Below, piece after piece: positions 1 to 9,831 of a stretch of DNA of 30,301 nucleotides (position 1 is its first letter; every line of letters starts with the position of its first letter). The notes under the pieces are model-generated. The model was not told the DNA's origin, did no database searches, and saw only the letters and a list, made by a program, of their open reading frames with translations. The translations under genes and the position numbers were made by a program. Source of the DNA: Ignisphaera sp. (GTDB lineage: Archaea; Thermoproteota; Thermoprotei_A; Sulfolobales; Ignisphaeraceae); NCBI GenBank assembly GCA_038821645.1, contig JAWBDT010000019.1:1-30301 (forward strand). Direction: 5' to 3'.

Positions 1-182
1 TTATGATAACGTTATAGCTACTACGATAAAATACCTATCATAATCATCTCTTAGTCTTCTCAACTTCTTAAATCTTAAATTGTGTTTTTAAGTGCACAGG
101 TTTACATGCTTTAGGAGGTTTTCTGTTGTAACTGAAAAACTATTATATATGGTACACAAAATATTATCTACGGGTTATAGTT

Positions 183-605
183 TTGTATAGTTTTGATGAG
201 AGTGAGTTCAATAGATGGATTAAGAGTGCTAGACTAACGCTTGAATCTGCTAAAAAAGATCATGTTAATAGAGATTACAACTGGTCTTGTTTTAAAGCTC
301 ATCAAGCTGCTGAAAAAGCTCTCAAAGCTATTCTATGGGGATTAGGTAGCCCGAGAATAGGGCATTCGCTAGTTGAGTTAGGTAATGTCTTGAAGAGTAT
401 AGGTATAGAGATCTCTATTGATATCTATGAAGCTCTTGTGAGATTGAGTAAATTCTATATACCTACGAGGTATCCTGATGTATGGAGTGAAGGGGTACCT
501 GAAGACTATTACACAGAAAGTGAATCTAGAGAAGCTATAGAATTTGCTGAAAAAGTTATTGATTGGGTGATAAGTGTTTGGAGAAAGTTGTTGAAAAGCG
601 GATAA
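183..605 (+). CDS. HEPN domain protein (toxin of HEPN-MNT pair)
   Basis: 140 aa with HQAAEKALKA, GHSL and YIPTRYPD, typical of archaeal HEPN proteins; overlaps the MNT gene. Confidence 0.92.
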   Translation: MYSFDESEFNRWIKSARLTLESAKKDHVNRDYNWSCFKAHQAAEKALKAILWGLGSPRIGHSLVELGNVLKSIGIEISIDIYEALVRLSKFYIPTRYPDVWSEGVPEDYYTESESREAIEFAEKVIDWVISVWRKLLKSG

Positions 606-973
606 AGAGAGCTGGATGGGCTTTAAGTAAAGCGAAAGAGTTTACTGAATGCATAAAGAAGATATTTAGAAGCATCGTTTTAGTTGTGCTCTTTGGCTCT
701 TATGCTAGAGGTGATTTTAATGAGTGGAGCGATATAGATATTCTGATAGTGGTTGATGATGTGCTACCGAATAAGCCTACAGAGAGAATAGATATGGTTG
801 TACCCTGTATAACTGCTGTAGAAGCTCCAATAGAGCCTATAATAATCTCGAGAAACGAGTTTGAGAATCTAAAAAAGAAGAAGAATCCAGCTATAGTAGA
901 TGCTATAGATAATGGGATACCCATAATAAACAATACTGATAATCGATACAATACCCCTGATATTGCTACATAA
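578..973 (+). CDS. Minimal nucleotidyltransferase (MNT antitoxin)
   Basis: LFGSYARGD..SDIDI motif. Start moved from 563 to TTG 578, 7 nt after SD GGGTGA (565-570). Confidence 0.92.
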   Translation: MEKVVEKRIKRAGWALSKAKEFTECIKKIFRSIVLVVLFGSYARGDFNEWSDIDILIVVDDVLPNKPTERIDMVVPCITAVEAPIEPIIISRNEFENLKKKKNPAIVDAIDNGIPIINNTDNRYNTPDIAT

Positions 974-1335
974 GTCATAAGAGTTAATTCAACAGATACA
1001 TAATTATTGCTCACAAATACTGCTTAACACTACCTATACAGTAAACCAATAAGTGATATAGCAAGATAAGGTAGACCAATACTGTAAAAAGTTCTGCTAG
1101 TAGCTGGCCATAAATAGGTATAAAGATAATGTCCATAGTTGAAGCTATGATAAGCTCTTGCTTCACTCTAGATAAAAACACTATAGATCTACAAAACATG
1201 AATAAAACATGATACGATAAGGAAATCTAGATAGAGAAAATAGTGATGAATATAGCTACATTTTGCTTAACCAAAATAAAAGAGAAATCTATCTATATTC
1301 CAGCAGTTTAGCTTACATAGATATCTTTCTTTTAC

Positions 1336-3006
1336 TTATCTATGTATGGAGTATGCATATACTCTTGTAGCTTCATGGTTTCCGATATTATCTATAGCCA
1401 ATACATAGAACTCGATCTCTCTAGTTTCTTCAGGTATTTTGATTTTTGTGGTGTATGGGAATGGTTTTTCTCCAAAACCGTAACCTCCTATGGGCTCCAC
1501 AATATATCTTATCGAAATATGCATAGGTTGGTAGCTCCACTCTAGTCCATTAAGACTATAAACTAGATAGACTCCATAGAGACCGCTTTCTCTATCACAA
1601 ACTGATGCATTTACTAGAAGTTCTCCATCACTTAATTCAGTATTTACGCTATATATGGTAGGCTTGCTAGGGTCTACGAATTTGTATAGAGTAGTTGGAT
1701 TTACAATAACGTATATCTCGCCATAAGCTGTACTAACTTTAGGCATCCAGATCTCTTCTTCTTCAAATCTAAGTTCATAGAGCTTAAAGAGTCCTCTCCA
1801 TAAGAAGTAGAGCTTGCTATACTTATTGGGGTACAGAATCGGTAGGATCACAACATCATTTGATGTTAGAGGTCTTCCACCATATTCGTTATTCTCTATA
1901 GTGAAGTTCCCTAAAGTGTTTCCATCGAGATCAAGCTTGAAGATGTTCAGCGGTTTTTCTCCCAAATCTCTAACAGCATATATGTATTGGTTATCAACTG
2001 CGATATAGGGATTGGTATTAATGTCTCCCCCTACCCCTAAGTATTTCCTCCACAGCAGTGTTCCATTCCAAGAAATAGCCAAAATATTACCTATAGAGTC
2101 AGAGAGTATAACTCTATCCTTCCTATATATAGGTGTACCTATTATGTTGCTGTGTTTAAAAATCCATAGAATTTCTCCTGTTTTTGGGTCTAGTGCATAA
2201 AGATTTGTTGATGGTTCTGAAGTCACGTAGAGAACATCATGTCCATAGGTTAGACCTCTAACATTTGCCCCAACTTTACTACGCCACTGAAGAACACCAT
2301 CTTCTGTTACACAGAAAACATATCCCTCATCTCTAACACCTCCAACAAAAATTCTTCCTCCAGCAACTATAAGATTTGATGTTACTGAAGCTTTAGATGA
2401 TGCATTAACTTCAGATTCAAGCTTAACACTCCAAACAACTTCACCACTATCTTTATCGAAGGCAATGAGATAGGCATCGCCTTCGGGCGTCGAAGAAGTT
2501 CCAACATATAGGTACTTCCCTAATCCATAAGCTTCAACAAATCTCCATAAACCTAAGGCTTTCCATCTAGATACTGGTTGTGGATAAGATACAGCTCTTC
2601 CTTCAAGACTATCAGAGTAGACTTCAACACCCCACACCAAATCTCCATTTTCTCTATTGAGTGTGTAGACACCTTGATAGTCCGCTAAGAAGATTTTGTC
2701 TTTCTCCACAAGAGCTTCAGCTAATACTCCACCAATATTGGCTGAAATACTGATCTTAAAGGCTAGTTCTGGAACCCTAGGCAGATTAGAAGCATAATAC
2801 ATGTCGTTTTCTTCATCACCTTTCTCCATAATCCATGGAAGCTTAGGTGGATAGAACTCCATTGGGATATCCCCAGGTTCCTTAGATGGAGCTATTTCCT
2901 CTAAACCCATTCTCTTCATAAAATAGATGATATACATGGCAAAAACTGATAAAGAGATTATTAAGAGAACTATTAAAACAAAAACTATTTTCTGTTTAAT
3001 GATCAA
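1336..3006 (-). CDS. Membrane-anchored PQQ-like (BamB-type) beta-propeller protein with C-terminal beta-rich domain
   Basis: N-terminal hydrophobic helix; repeated A(L/F)D..(S/T)GE..W blades (AFDKDSGEVVW, ALDPKTGEILW, LNRENGDLVW). True start may be ATT at 3000. Confidence 0.8.
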   Translation of the reverse strand: MIIKQKIVFVLIVLLIISLSVFAMYIIYFMKRMGLEEIAPSKEPGDIPMEFYPPKLPWIMEKGDEENDMYYASNLPRVPELAFKISISANIGGVLAEALVEKDKIFLADYQGVYTLNRENGDLVWGVEVYSDSLEGRAVSYPQPVSRWKALGLWRFVEAYGLGKYLYVGTSSTPEGDAYLIAFDKDSGEVVWSVKLESEVNASSKASVTSNLIVAGGRIFVGGVRDEGYVFCVTEDGVLQWRSKVGANVRGLTYGHDVLYVTSEPSTNLYALDPKTGEILWIFKHSNIIGTPIYRKDRVILSDSIGNILAISWNGTLLWRKYLGVGGDINTNPYIAVDNQYIYAVRDLGEKPLNIFKLDLDGNTLGNFTIENNEYGGRPLTSNDVVILPILYPNKYSKLYFLWRGLFKLYELRFEEEEIWMPKVSTAYGEIYVIVNPTTLYKFVDPSKPTIYSVNTELSDGELLVNASVCDRESGLYGVYLVYSLNGLEWSYQPMHISIRYIVEPIGGYGFGEKPFPYTTKIKIPEETREIEFYVLAIDNIGNHEATRVYAYSIHR

Positions 3007-3014
3007 TCACCCGT

Positions 3015-4276
3015 TCAAGGTCCTTGATACAATATCTCTATCTCTGTATAAGTTTTTGACGAAACTGTTAACTGAAGAACAGCACTCTCTTTAGTGTATG
3101 AAAAGGATTTTCCTTCATCTTCAGGTCGCTCCATCAATATTTGCCAATTGTTTGCCCTTAGATAGTCTCTATACCATGATACTACATTGTCTACACTATC
3201 GTAAGTACCATAGGTTATTTCTATAATCTTTATTCCACTAATTACCATCGAGTAATATTTAAGCATTACAGAACCAGGATATCTCTCAATTGGTTCTGTT
3301 CCTGATGCAACATCTTTAGAAGGAAGCTTATACGAACCATAGTGAATAGATATCAAGGTGTATTTTCTTTCCTTTGTGGGAGCATTAATTATAACCCCAA
3401 CTTCTTCCTGAGCTTTTAGAAGATGTAGACTTATCTTTTCTGAAGTTTTTCCCTCACTTTTTACTGTCCATCCTCTGGATTGAAGCTCGTTTTTATACCA
3501 TTCTGCTACTGTACTAATATCAGCTGTGGTTCCATATTCTATCAATATAATTGCTGGAAAACCTTCCTCTCTACGATATGAAAGCATTACAGAACCAGGA
3601 TACCTCTGAATAGGCTCTTCTCCACCAACTTGATCTGAATTTGGTAAACCTTCAGAAACTGGAGTAGTTGTAATTCCTTCACTAGTTAATTTCTCGATAT
3701 CACCTACAACCACACAATAGACTGTACCTGGTTTACCGTCTACTTTTGTTGGAGCTCCACTCAAAGCCCAAATCCCAACCCCTCTCTATCCTTCTTAAAC
3801 AGTATTGCTCCCCACTCAACAGAACCTTCAGGTGTTGATATAGTATTGATCCCGTAGTCTGCAACAACTTCATGACCAGCTAGATTACTCTTATACCAAT
3901 TCAGGATATCTTTTGCAGTAGCATTTCCAACGAGATAAACTTTATAGATAACTCCTTCACGTGGTATACCCAATAGTGTATAATAATAGCTAGCCAGAAA
4001 ATGTTCTATAGATCTCCTATAAACTGGGATACCTGCTATTGGAGTACTACTTGTTGATGTAACTGCAGCTGTTGGTGTAACTGTAGGATTTGAGGAGTAT
4101 CTAGACGATTCAGTAATGAACAAAACTGTAGCATCTATGCAGGCTATAGCTATACAGGCTATAACTATCACTATATAGGTGTTTTCGTGAAAACATTTAA
4201 CATCACTATAGTGATTTGAATCAGGATGTAGAAGGTTATGCTCTAGGAAGTTTATAACTTTTTTTTTGGAATTCAT
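3015..4276 (-). pseudogene. Frameshifted exported protein with three ~100-aa repeat domains (ORFs 3761-4276 and 3015-3764)
   Basis: Both ORFs share the P.YPGS...WY...L domain. One extra G in the run at 3779-3782 fuses them (KDREGVGIWALSGAP, like KAQEEVGVIINAP in the next repeat). Confidence 0.65.
3261..3602. repeat. Intragenic 21-bp direct repeat aagcattacagaaccaggata (3261-3281 and 3582-3602)
   Basis: Identical 21-mers encoding YPGSVML in two domain copies. Confidence 0.85.
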
Positions 4277-4711
4277 GTGAAAGATATGAATATAGATTTT
4301 TACCTATTGATATAATCAAGAACATATCAATCTACTTGACACCTCTAGAGTAGCGCAAAATCGTTACTAGAGATAATCCTGTAGTAACTGTTTAGTATAT
4401 CTCTAAAATATATTCGCTAAGTCTAGCATAGTTTTATGGTTATTCAGTAAATCTATAGGATCTAGACTTATCTTTTTTAGTTTCTTCAAAGTTTCTATGA
4501 TGACACATAACCGTTGTTAGTGTCTTGATCTCGATATCTATACTATTAGTATCTTGTCTCTAATTATGGAATATAGTGTACCAAGAGACTGTGCAATACT
4601 AATAGATGTATCTAGGATATGCCGGTAAGCAGAGCATCCATGACTAAAGCTATGAACATGATTTGAGTCTATGATTTTCTTTAGAGTATATTAGGTTTTG
4701 AAAGTATTCTG

Positions 4712-5599
4712 TTGTCTATGGTTGATGCATATATGGTGTTTACTGATCTAGGTGATGTTTTGGAGAAGCTCAAGAAAATGAATGTAGATGTCTATACAAA
4801 GTTTATGCGTCTTGTTAATTGGTTTAGATCTATAGATGGAAAGGTTATGGTTATGTTCTCTGGTGGTGTTGATAGTTCTGTTGTTCTATCTACTGCTACA
4901 ACTGTTCTCGGTACAAGTAGAGTTGTTGCTGTTACTTTCTCTATGCCTATTGTTGATGAAGAAGATCTTTATTGGTCTAGTGAGATCGCTAAATCTCTAG
5001 GTGTTGAAAGAATAGTTATTGAGGTAGATATTCTTTCTGAGAAAGAGTTTGTTTCAAATCCTGTAGACAGATGCTATGTATGTAAGAGGAAGATGGTTAA
5101 GAAATTGAACGAGTATATAGATCTTCTGGATATAGATGTGGTTATCGATGGAACAAATGCATCTGATCTACATACATATAGACCTGGATATAGAGCTTTG
5201 AGAGAGTATGGTGTTAGAAGTCCATTAGCAGAAATCGGTATAACGAAAGAAGATTCTAGAGAAATTGCTAAAGCTTTCAATCTCCCTAACTGGAGTAGAG
5301 CTTCTTCGAGTTGTCTAGCTACAAGAATACCGTATGGTTCTCCAATAACTCTAGAAAAGATTGTGAGGATAGCTAAAGCAGAAAGAATAATTAAGGATCT
5401 AACAGGTTTATCTCTGGTTAGAGTCAGGGATCATGGAAATATAGCTAGGATAGAAGTTGATAGAAACGAGAGAAGGAAGTTTTTTAGCGAAGAGCTTATG
5501 GATAGAGTGGCTAGAGAGCTAAATAGGCTTGGTTATAGATATGTAACACTAGATCTCAATGGCTATGGGTCTGGAAGCTTCGATACATTAACTAGCTAA
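4712..5599 (+). CDS. larE: LarE-family ATP-dependent sulfur transferase
   Basis: PP-loop SGGVDS, NP.DRCYVCK, DGTNASD..YRPG, CLATRIPYG, VRVRDHG. Likely start TTG 4760 after GGTGA. Confidence 0.9.
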   Translation: MSMVDAYMVFTDLGDVLEKLKKMNVDVYTKFMRLVNWFRSIDGKVMVMFSGGVDSSVVLSTATTVLGTSRVVAVTFSMPIVDEEDLYWSSEIAKSLGVERIVIEVDILSEKEFVSNPVDRCYVCKRKMVKKLNEYIDLLDIDVVIDGTNASDLHTYRPGYRALREYGVRSPLAEIGITKEDSREIAKAFNLPNWSRASSSCLATRIPYGSPITLEKIVRIAKAERIIKDLTGLSLVRVRDHGNIARIEVDRNERRKFFSEELMDRVARELNRLGYRYVTLDLNGYGSGSFDTLTS

Positions 5600-5684
5600 A
5601 TATAGGGTAAACCTATAGATATGGTGTATCTATATAGAGATTCTTTACTAAATGCTGTGTATATCTCTATAGATTCTATCTATA

Positions 5685-6725
5685 CTATCTACGCCATTTT
5701 TCCCAAACTCTATAGAGTTCATCTCTTACGTATAGTGTAGCTATCTTCTCTATAGATCCGTTCTCTTTATGGATAATAACGTAACTATCTAGAGCATCTA
5801 CAACTTTACCTATAACTGTTGCTCTTATCCCTAAGCTATTCAACAGGTTTAAAGCTTCATCAACTCTATCACTAGAGACTACAGCTATTAATGTACCTGA
5901 GCTTATCAGTCTTAGTGGATCTATCTTAAGAGCACTAGCTATAGCCATAGTCTCTTCAGCTATAGGTATCAATTCTTCCCAAATCTCTATAGTCTTATTA
6001 GATGCATACGCTATCTCTATTAAGCCTTCAAGCAATCCTCCTTCAGTAGGATCATGCATCGAAGATACATAGCCTGCTTCAGCTAGAGCTAGAGCTTCTC
6101 TAACAACACTTATATCCTTAATGAATCTGCTTCCTCTTTCAATAATATCGCTAGAAACGCCAAGCTTAATCAAGATATCTCTAAAGTCTGTAGACAGGAT
6201 AGCTGTACCCTCTATAGCTATAGTCTTGGTTACAATAACAACATCGCCTACTCTAGCTCCTCTTGTTGAAATATATCTATTCTTATCTCCAATACCTATA
6301 GCAGTCATAGATATAAGCACTCTATCTAGATCTGGAGTATATTCAGAATGTCCACCAACAATAGATACTTCTAACTCTTTAGCAGCTTCATCTATACTCT
6401 TGGTTATAGAATCTATAACTGATTCATCTATATCTCTAGGTAGAAAGAGTACAGGAAGAAGCCATCTAGGTTTAACACCTCTAACAGCAATATCGTTACA
6501 TGCTATATGGACAGCAAGCCACCCAATATTCTCTACAGCACCAGTTATAGGATCAACATGCATCACCAAAATTTTCCCATTACCAATGTCTATTATAGCT
6601 GCATCTTCACCTATAGAAGGACCAATTATAACTGAAGAGTCTCTAATACCTGTTCTACTCAATATATATCTTGTTAATAGTTCTGGAGGTAGTTTACCGC
6701 TCAACAAGATCACCATAAATTTCAT
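5685..6725 (-). CDS. AIR synthase-related protein (PurM/HypE/ThiL superfamily)
   Basis: GKLP N-terminus, GEDAA, DPITG, NDIA, VGGHSE, MHDPTEGG, ISSGTL. Likely start TTG 6704. Confidence 0.88.
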   Translation of the reverse strand: MKFMVILLSGKLPPELLTRYILSRTGIRDSSVIIGPSIGEDAAIIDIGNGKILVMHVDPITGAVENIGWLAVHIACNDIAVRGVKPRWLLPVLFLPRDIDESVIDSITKSIDEAAKELEVSIVGGHSEYTPDLDRVLISMTAIGIGDKNRYISTRGARVGDVVIVTKTIAIEGTAILSTDFRDILIKLGVSSDIIERGSRFIKDISVVREALALAEAGYVSSMHDPTEGGLLEGLIEIAYASNKTIEIWEELIPIAEETMAIASALKIDPLRLISSGTLIAVVSSDRVDEALNLLNSLGIRATVIGKVVDALDSYVIIHKENGSIEKIATLYVRDELYRVWEKWRR

Positions 6726-6818
6726 GTGGAGTATAGTTTGATTAGTGTTTTTATCTCTATATACTGTATAGGTTCAAAAACTATTGAAGTATAGATCTAT
6801 ATCTTATCTACAGAATAA

Positions 6819-8645
6819 GTGTATAGGTATCTCGTCTTGGTGAACAAGTTTCCCTACGATAGACCTAGAATTGGGCAGATAGAGCTCTCGAAATTCCTCT
6901 ATACGAATCTTAGAGAAGATGTTGTAGCTATTGTGTCTGCTCCAACAGGTTTTGGTAAAACTATTTCTATTCTGTATGCATCTAGAGCTCTAGTTGATGA
7001 AGGTAGATTTGATAAGGTATTCTATGTGGTTAGAACTAGAAATGAGCTTGATCCTGTTATTAGAGATGGTAGGAAAGTTGGGATGAGATTCTCGATACTA
7101 TACAGTATAGCTAGAATGTGTCCTCTTGCTAGAGGTAAAAACATATCATCTGATGGATTTTGGGCTGTATGTAGTTTGCTAAGGATTAAGGGTTTATGTG
7201 AATACTATAGAAGAACGAGATCTCTAGATATTCCCCAGATATTCTCATCGATATCGGGTTCTAGAGACCATACAGATTTTGCAGATAGATTGTCTAAAGA
7301 AATTGGTGTTTGTCCCTACTTCACATCTCTTGAGTTACTGGATTATGTAGATCTCTATGTAGCTACATATCCATACATATTTAAGGAGAGCATCAAGAGC
7401 TGGATATTTAGTGATAGAGATTTTTCACAAACACTTCTAGTTATTGATGAGGCACACAATATACTGAATATAGGTAGCTTGATGGGTGAATCAATATCTA
7501 TAGATGTTCTAAATAGAGCTATCAGAGAATTAGAAGAACTTTCTCTAGATACAGATACTCTGGATTTTCTAAAGAATCTAACCAGTATTAAGGTAGATGA
7601 TGTTGGGAAAGGATATACGTTCATAGGTAGAGATAAATTAGGTCTCGATAAAGAGGTAGCAGATAGATTGATGGAGATAGCTATTGAAGCATCACTCAAG
7701 ATGTTTAGAGAGCATGATGATATAGATAATGTAGAGAATCTTGATTTATCGATATATAGAGTAGCTAAGTTCGTTAAATCAGCTATAAATGATCATTTCG
7801 AGATATTTGTATCTAGAGAAAGACCTAAAGGATTAACGATACATACACTACCTATAGATTTCGATGTAGTTAGAGAAATTATTGAGCAATTTCCATCAGC
7901 TATACTTATGAGTGGTACTTCTCCAGATAAATCATTTATAGAGAAAGGTGTAGGGATCAAGAAGCATATAGAGGTTGTAGATGTTGAAGAATATGGAGCT
8001 AGGAACTATCTGAGAGAAAATGCTGTAGTAATAATGTTTACAGGTGCTACAACAAGCTATAGAGAAAGAACAGAAAGAATGTTTAAAACATATAGCAAGC
8101 TCATCGAGGCTCTCTACAGAGCTCATAGAGGAGGTGTGATTATGGTTGTCTACCCTAGCTATGAGGTTATGAACTCTATAGTATCGCTTATCTCTAGCGA
8201 TATAGAAATGATTACAGAATCTCTAAAACCATTATCACAGGTAATAGACGAGATATCGAGAAAAGAGAAAGTGGTGGTAAATACTGTTGCAGGTGGTAGG
8301 TTAGCTGAAGGAATAGAGCTTACAGTAAATGGAGAGAGCTTGATTAAAGCTGTAGTTGTTGTTGGTGTACCTTATCCTCAGCCAGATGACTATATAGAGT
8401 TCATTAAAAAAGATCTGCAGAAGAAAGGATACATTTATATAGAGTACTATAGAGATCTAGCTATAATGAGAGTTCTTCAAGCAGTTGGTAGAGCCATAAG
8501 ATCAGAAAAAGATTATGCGCTTATAGTGTTAGCAGATAGAAGGTATCGACAGAAGAAACTTTTAGAAAAGATAAAGCTAAACATAAAAACTGTTACAGAC
8601 AGCATCAACACTATAGAAAAGATAGTATCATTACTTAACCAGTAA
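6819..8645 (+). CDS. XPD/Rad3/DinG-family Fe-S DNA helicase
   Basis: FPY..R.GQ, APTGFGKT, four Cys (CPL, C, CEYY, CPYF), DEAH, MSGT, EGIE, QAVGRAIR. Likely start 6837 or 6840. Confidence 0.9.
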   Translation: MYRYLVLVNKFPYDRPRIGQIELSKFLYTNLREDVVAIVSAPTGFGKTISILYASRALVDEGRFDKVFYVVRTRNELDPVIRDGRKVGMRFSILYSIARMCPLARGKNISSDGFWAVCSLLRIKGLCEYYRRTRSLDIPQIFSSISGSRDHTDFADRLSKEIGVCPYFTSLELLDYVDLYVATYPYIFKESIKSWIFSDRDFSQTLLVIDEAHNILNIGSLMGESISIDVLNRAIRELEELSLDTDTLDFLKNLTSIKVDDVGKGYTFIGRDKLGLDKEVADRLMEIAIEASLKMFREHDDIDNVENLDLSIYRVAKFVKSAINDHFEIFVSRERPKGLTIHTLPIDFDVVREIIEQFPSAILMSGTSPDKSFIEKGVGIKKHIEVVDVEEYGARNYLRENAVVIMFTGATTSYRERTERMFKTYSKLIEALYRAHRGGVIMVVYPSYEVMNSIVSLISSDIEMITESLKPLSQVIDEISRKEKVVVNTVAGGRLAEGIELTVNGESLIKAVVVVGVPYPQPDDYIEFIKKDLQKKGYIYIEYYRDLAIMRVLQAVGRAIRSEKDYALIVLADRRYRQKKLLEKIKLNIKTVTDSINTIEKIVSLLNQ

Positions 8646-8804
8646 ACTAGATAGATAAACATAAGTATAGGTTCTTCAGCTATATCCACCTTCTTTCACA
8701 TTGCATCAACATATCTACTACAGTTTCTAGATACATTAACCCCTATGCAATAGTTAAGATCAGAAAGCAATATATTCAGTTCTCAAATTTTTTAGTGTGG
8801 TTTG

Positions 8805-8867
8805 CTGTAGATGATGAGCCGTGGCACATCTGAGTAATGATGTTGGTGCCGTAGCCGTCTGAAACAG
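8805..8867 (+). ncRNA. Box C/D-type small RNA
   Basis: C ATGATGA 8811-8817, D' CTGA 8830-8833, C' ATGATGT 8837-8843, D CTGA 8859-8862, terminal stem ctgt/acag, T-run just downstream; GC-rich patch in an AT-rich intergenic region. Confidence 0.85.
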
Positions 8868-8902
8868 ATCTTTTTGTATAGCTACACTTTTGTTATGAGT
8901 CT

Positions 8903-9709
8903 CTATTTCTGTTTTATAATGTATAGAGCTGGATAGACTAGGCATGGAACTATATAGCCTAGATCCACACCCTTCTTTCTATATATTGTATCTACCTTAA
9001 GTAGCTCTGTTAACGATTCTCTCGGTATATCTATACTCTTTTTAGCAATCTCTATGAATAGTCTTGATAATGTTTTATTAATATCTCGTGTTTCGGTATA
9101 AATTTTATCACCTTGATTGACTATGTCTAGAACCTTCTGTACATTTGAGAAACATTCAAAGACTGGATGATGCTTTGATAGAACATCCATTACATGTCCT
9201 AGAGATAATCCTTCTAGAGATATTCTCCTCTCGGATATATCTGCTTTATCGAGTAGATTATGGTATCCTCCACCAATATTCTTCAAAACTTTGATAAATT
9301 CTATCGAGTCTAGAGTATCTGTAGAAAGTGTAGCGTTAAAGACTCTCCGTAGAGCTTTACGGAAATCAGCTTCAGCTTCTTCTTGAAACACATCAATATA
9401 TATGAGATATACAGACGCTATACACATTTCTATAGACATATTATAGCCAATGTTTTGTAGAGTAGTTGATAAAGCTCTAGCGATATTTCTACCGATCTCT
9501 ATACCGCCTAAACCTCTCTCACCTCTCTTAAACTCATCAACAATCCTCAGAACTTTGCTATATATCTCTATAGCTGAAGAAATAGATGAGAGTATGCAGA
9601 TATCATAATCATTAGATATACTGTATCTATGAGGAGCAGCAATCTTGGGATAACTACTACATGTATAGAAAACAGCTTTAACAACATCCATCAACAATTT
9701 ATTCTTCAC
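8903..9709 (-). CDS. Divergent CitG-like (triphosphoribosyl-dephospho-CoA synthase family) protein
   Basis: SYPKIAAPHRY resembles SAYPKPGNVHR; G.G..IA.A, T..D...F..L...GG and C-terminal layout fit archaeal CitG, but the NPG.AD motif is missing. Confidence 0.55.
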   Translation of the reverse strand: MKNKLLMDVVKAVFYTCSSYPKIAAPHRYSISNDYDICILSSISSAIEIYSKVLRIVDEFKRGERGLGGIEIGRNIARALSTTLQNIGYNMSIEMCIASVYLIYIDVFQEEAEADFRKALRRVFNATLSTDTLDSIEFIKVLKNIGGGYHNLLDKADISERRISLEGLSLGHVMDVLSKHHPVFECFSNVQKVLDIVNQGDKIYTETRDINKTLSRLFIEIAKKSIDIPRESLTELLKVDTIYRKKGVDLGYIVPCLVYPALYIIKQK

Positions 9710-9820
9710 CAGAAAAAAGTAGAAAGATGAAGCAAAATAAGACTTCTATCACTATTGCTCTAGCCAAGAAGCATTATAGTCGATAACCATACATCTAGAT
9801 ATACAACTACATCTGGATCC

Positions 9821-9831
9821 AAGCTTTTAAG
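9821..9831 (+). promoter_or_regulatory. Candidate TATA box for the hydrogenase operon
   Basis: aagcTTTTAAg about 65 nt upstream of the inferred beta-subunit start. Confidence 0.4.

Noticed and set aside
183-973. HEPN-MNT as a novel defence system
   Set aside because: Common, well-described module in thermophilic archaea with no unusual partner genes here
5685-6725. True HypE for hydrogenase maturation
   Set aside because: Lacks the C-terminal PRIC cysteine; ends in EKWRR
6121-6741. 206-aa plus-strand ORF, and similar overlapping ORFs (700-1014, 7355-7699, 14713-15072, 23031-23363, 25919-26305)
   Set aside because: Antisense shadows of well-supported genes, with no recognisable motifs
8844-8858. 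Minus strand reads ...CGGCACCA like a tRNA 3' end; GTAGCCGT matches the 16S 3' region
   Set aside because: No cloverleaf or T-loop; the 16S match is short and same-sense, so not a guide target
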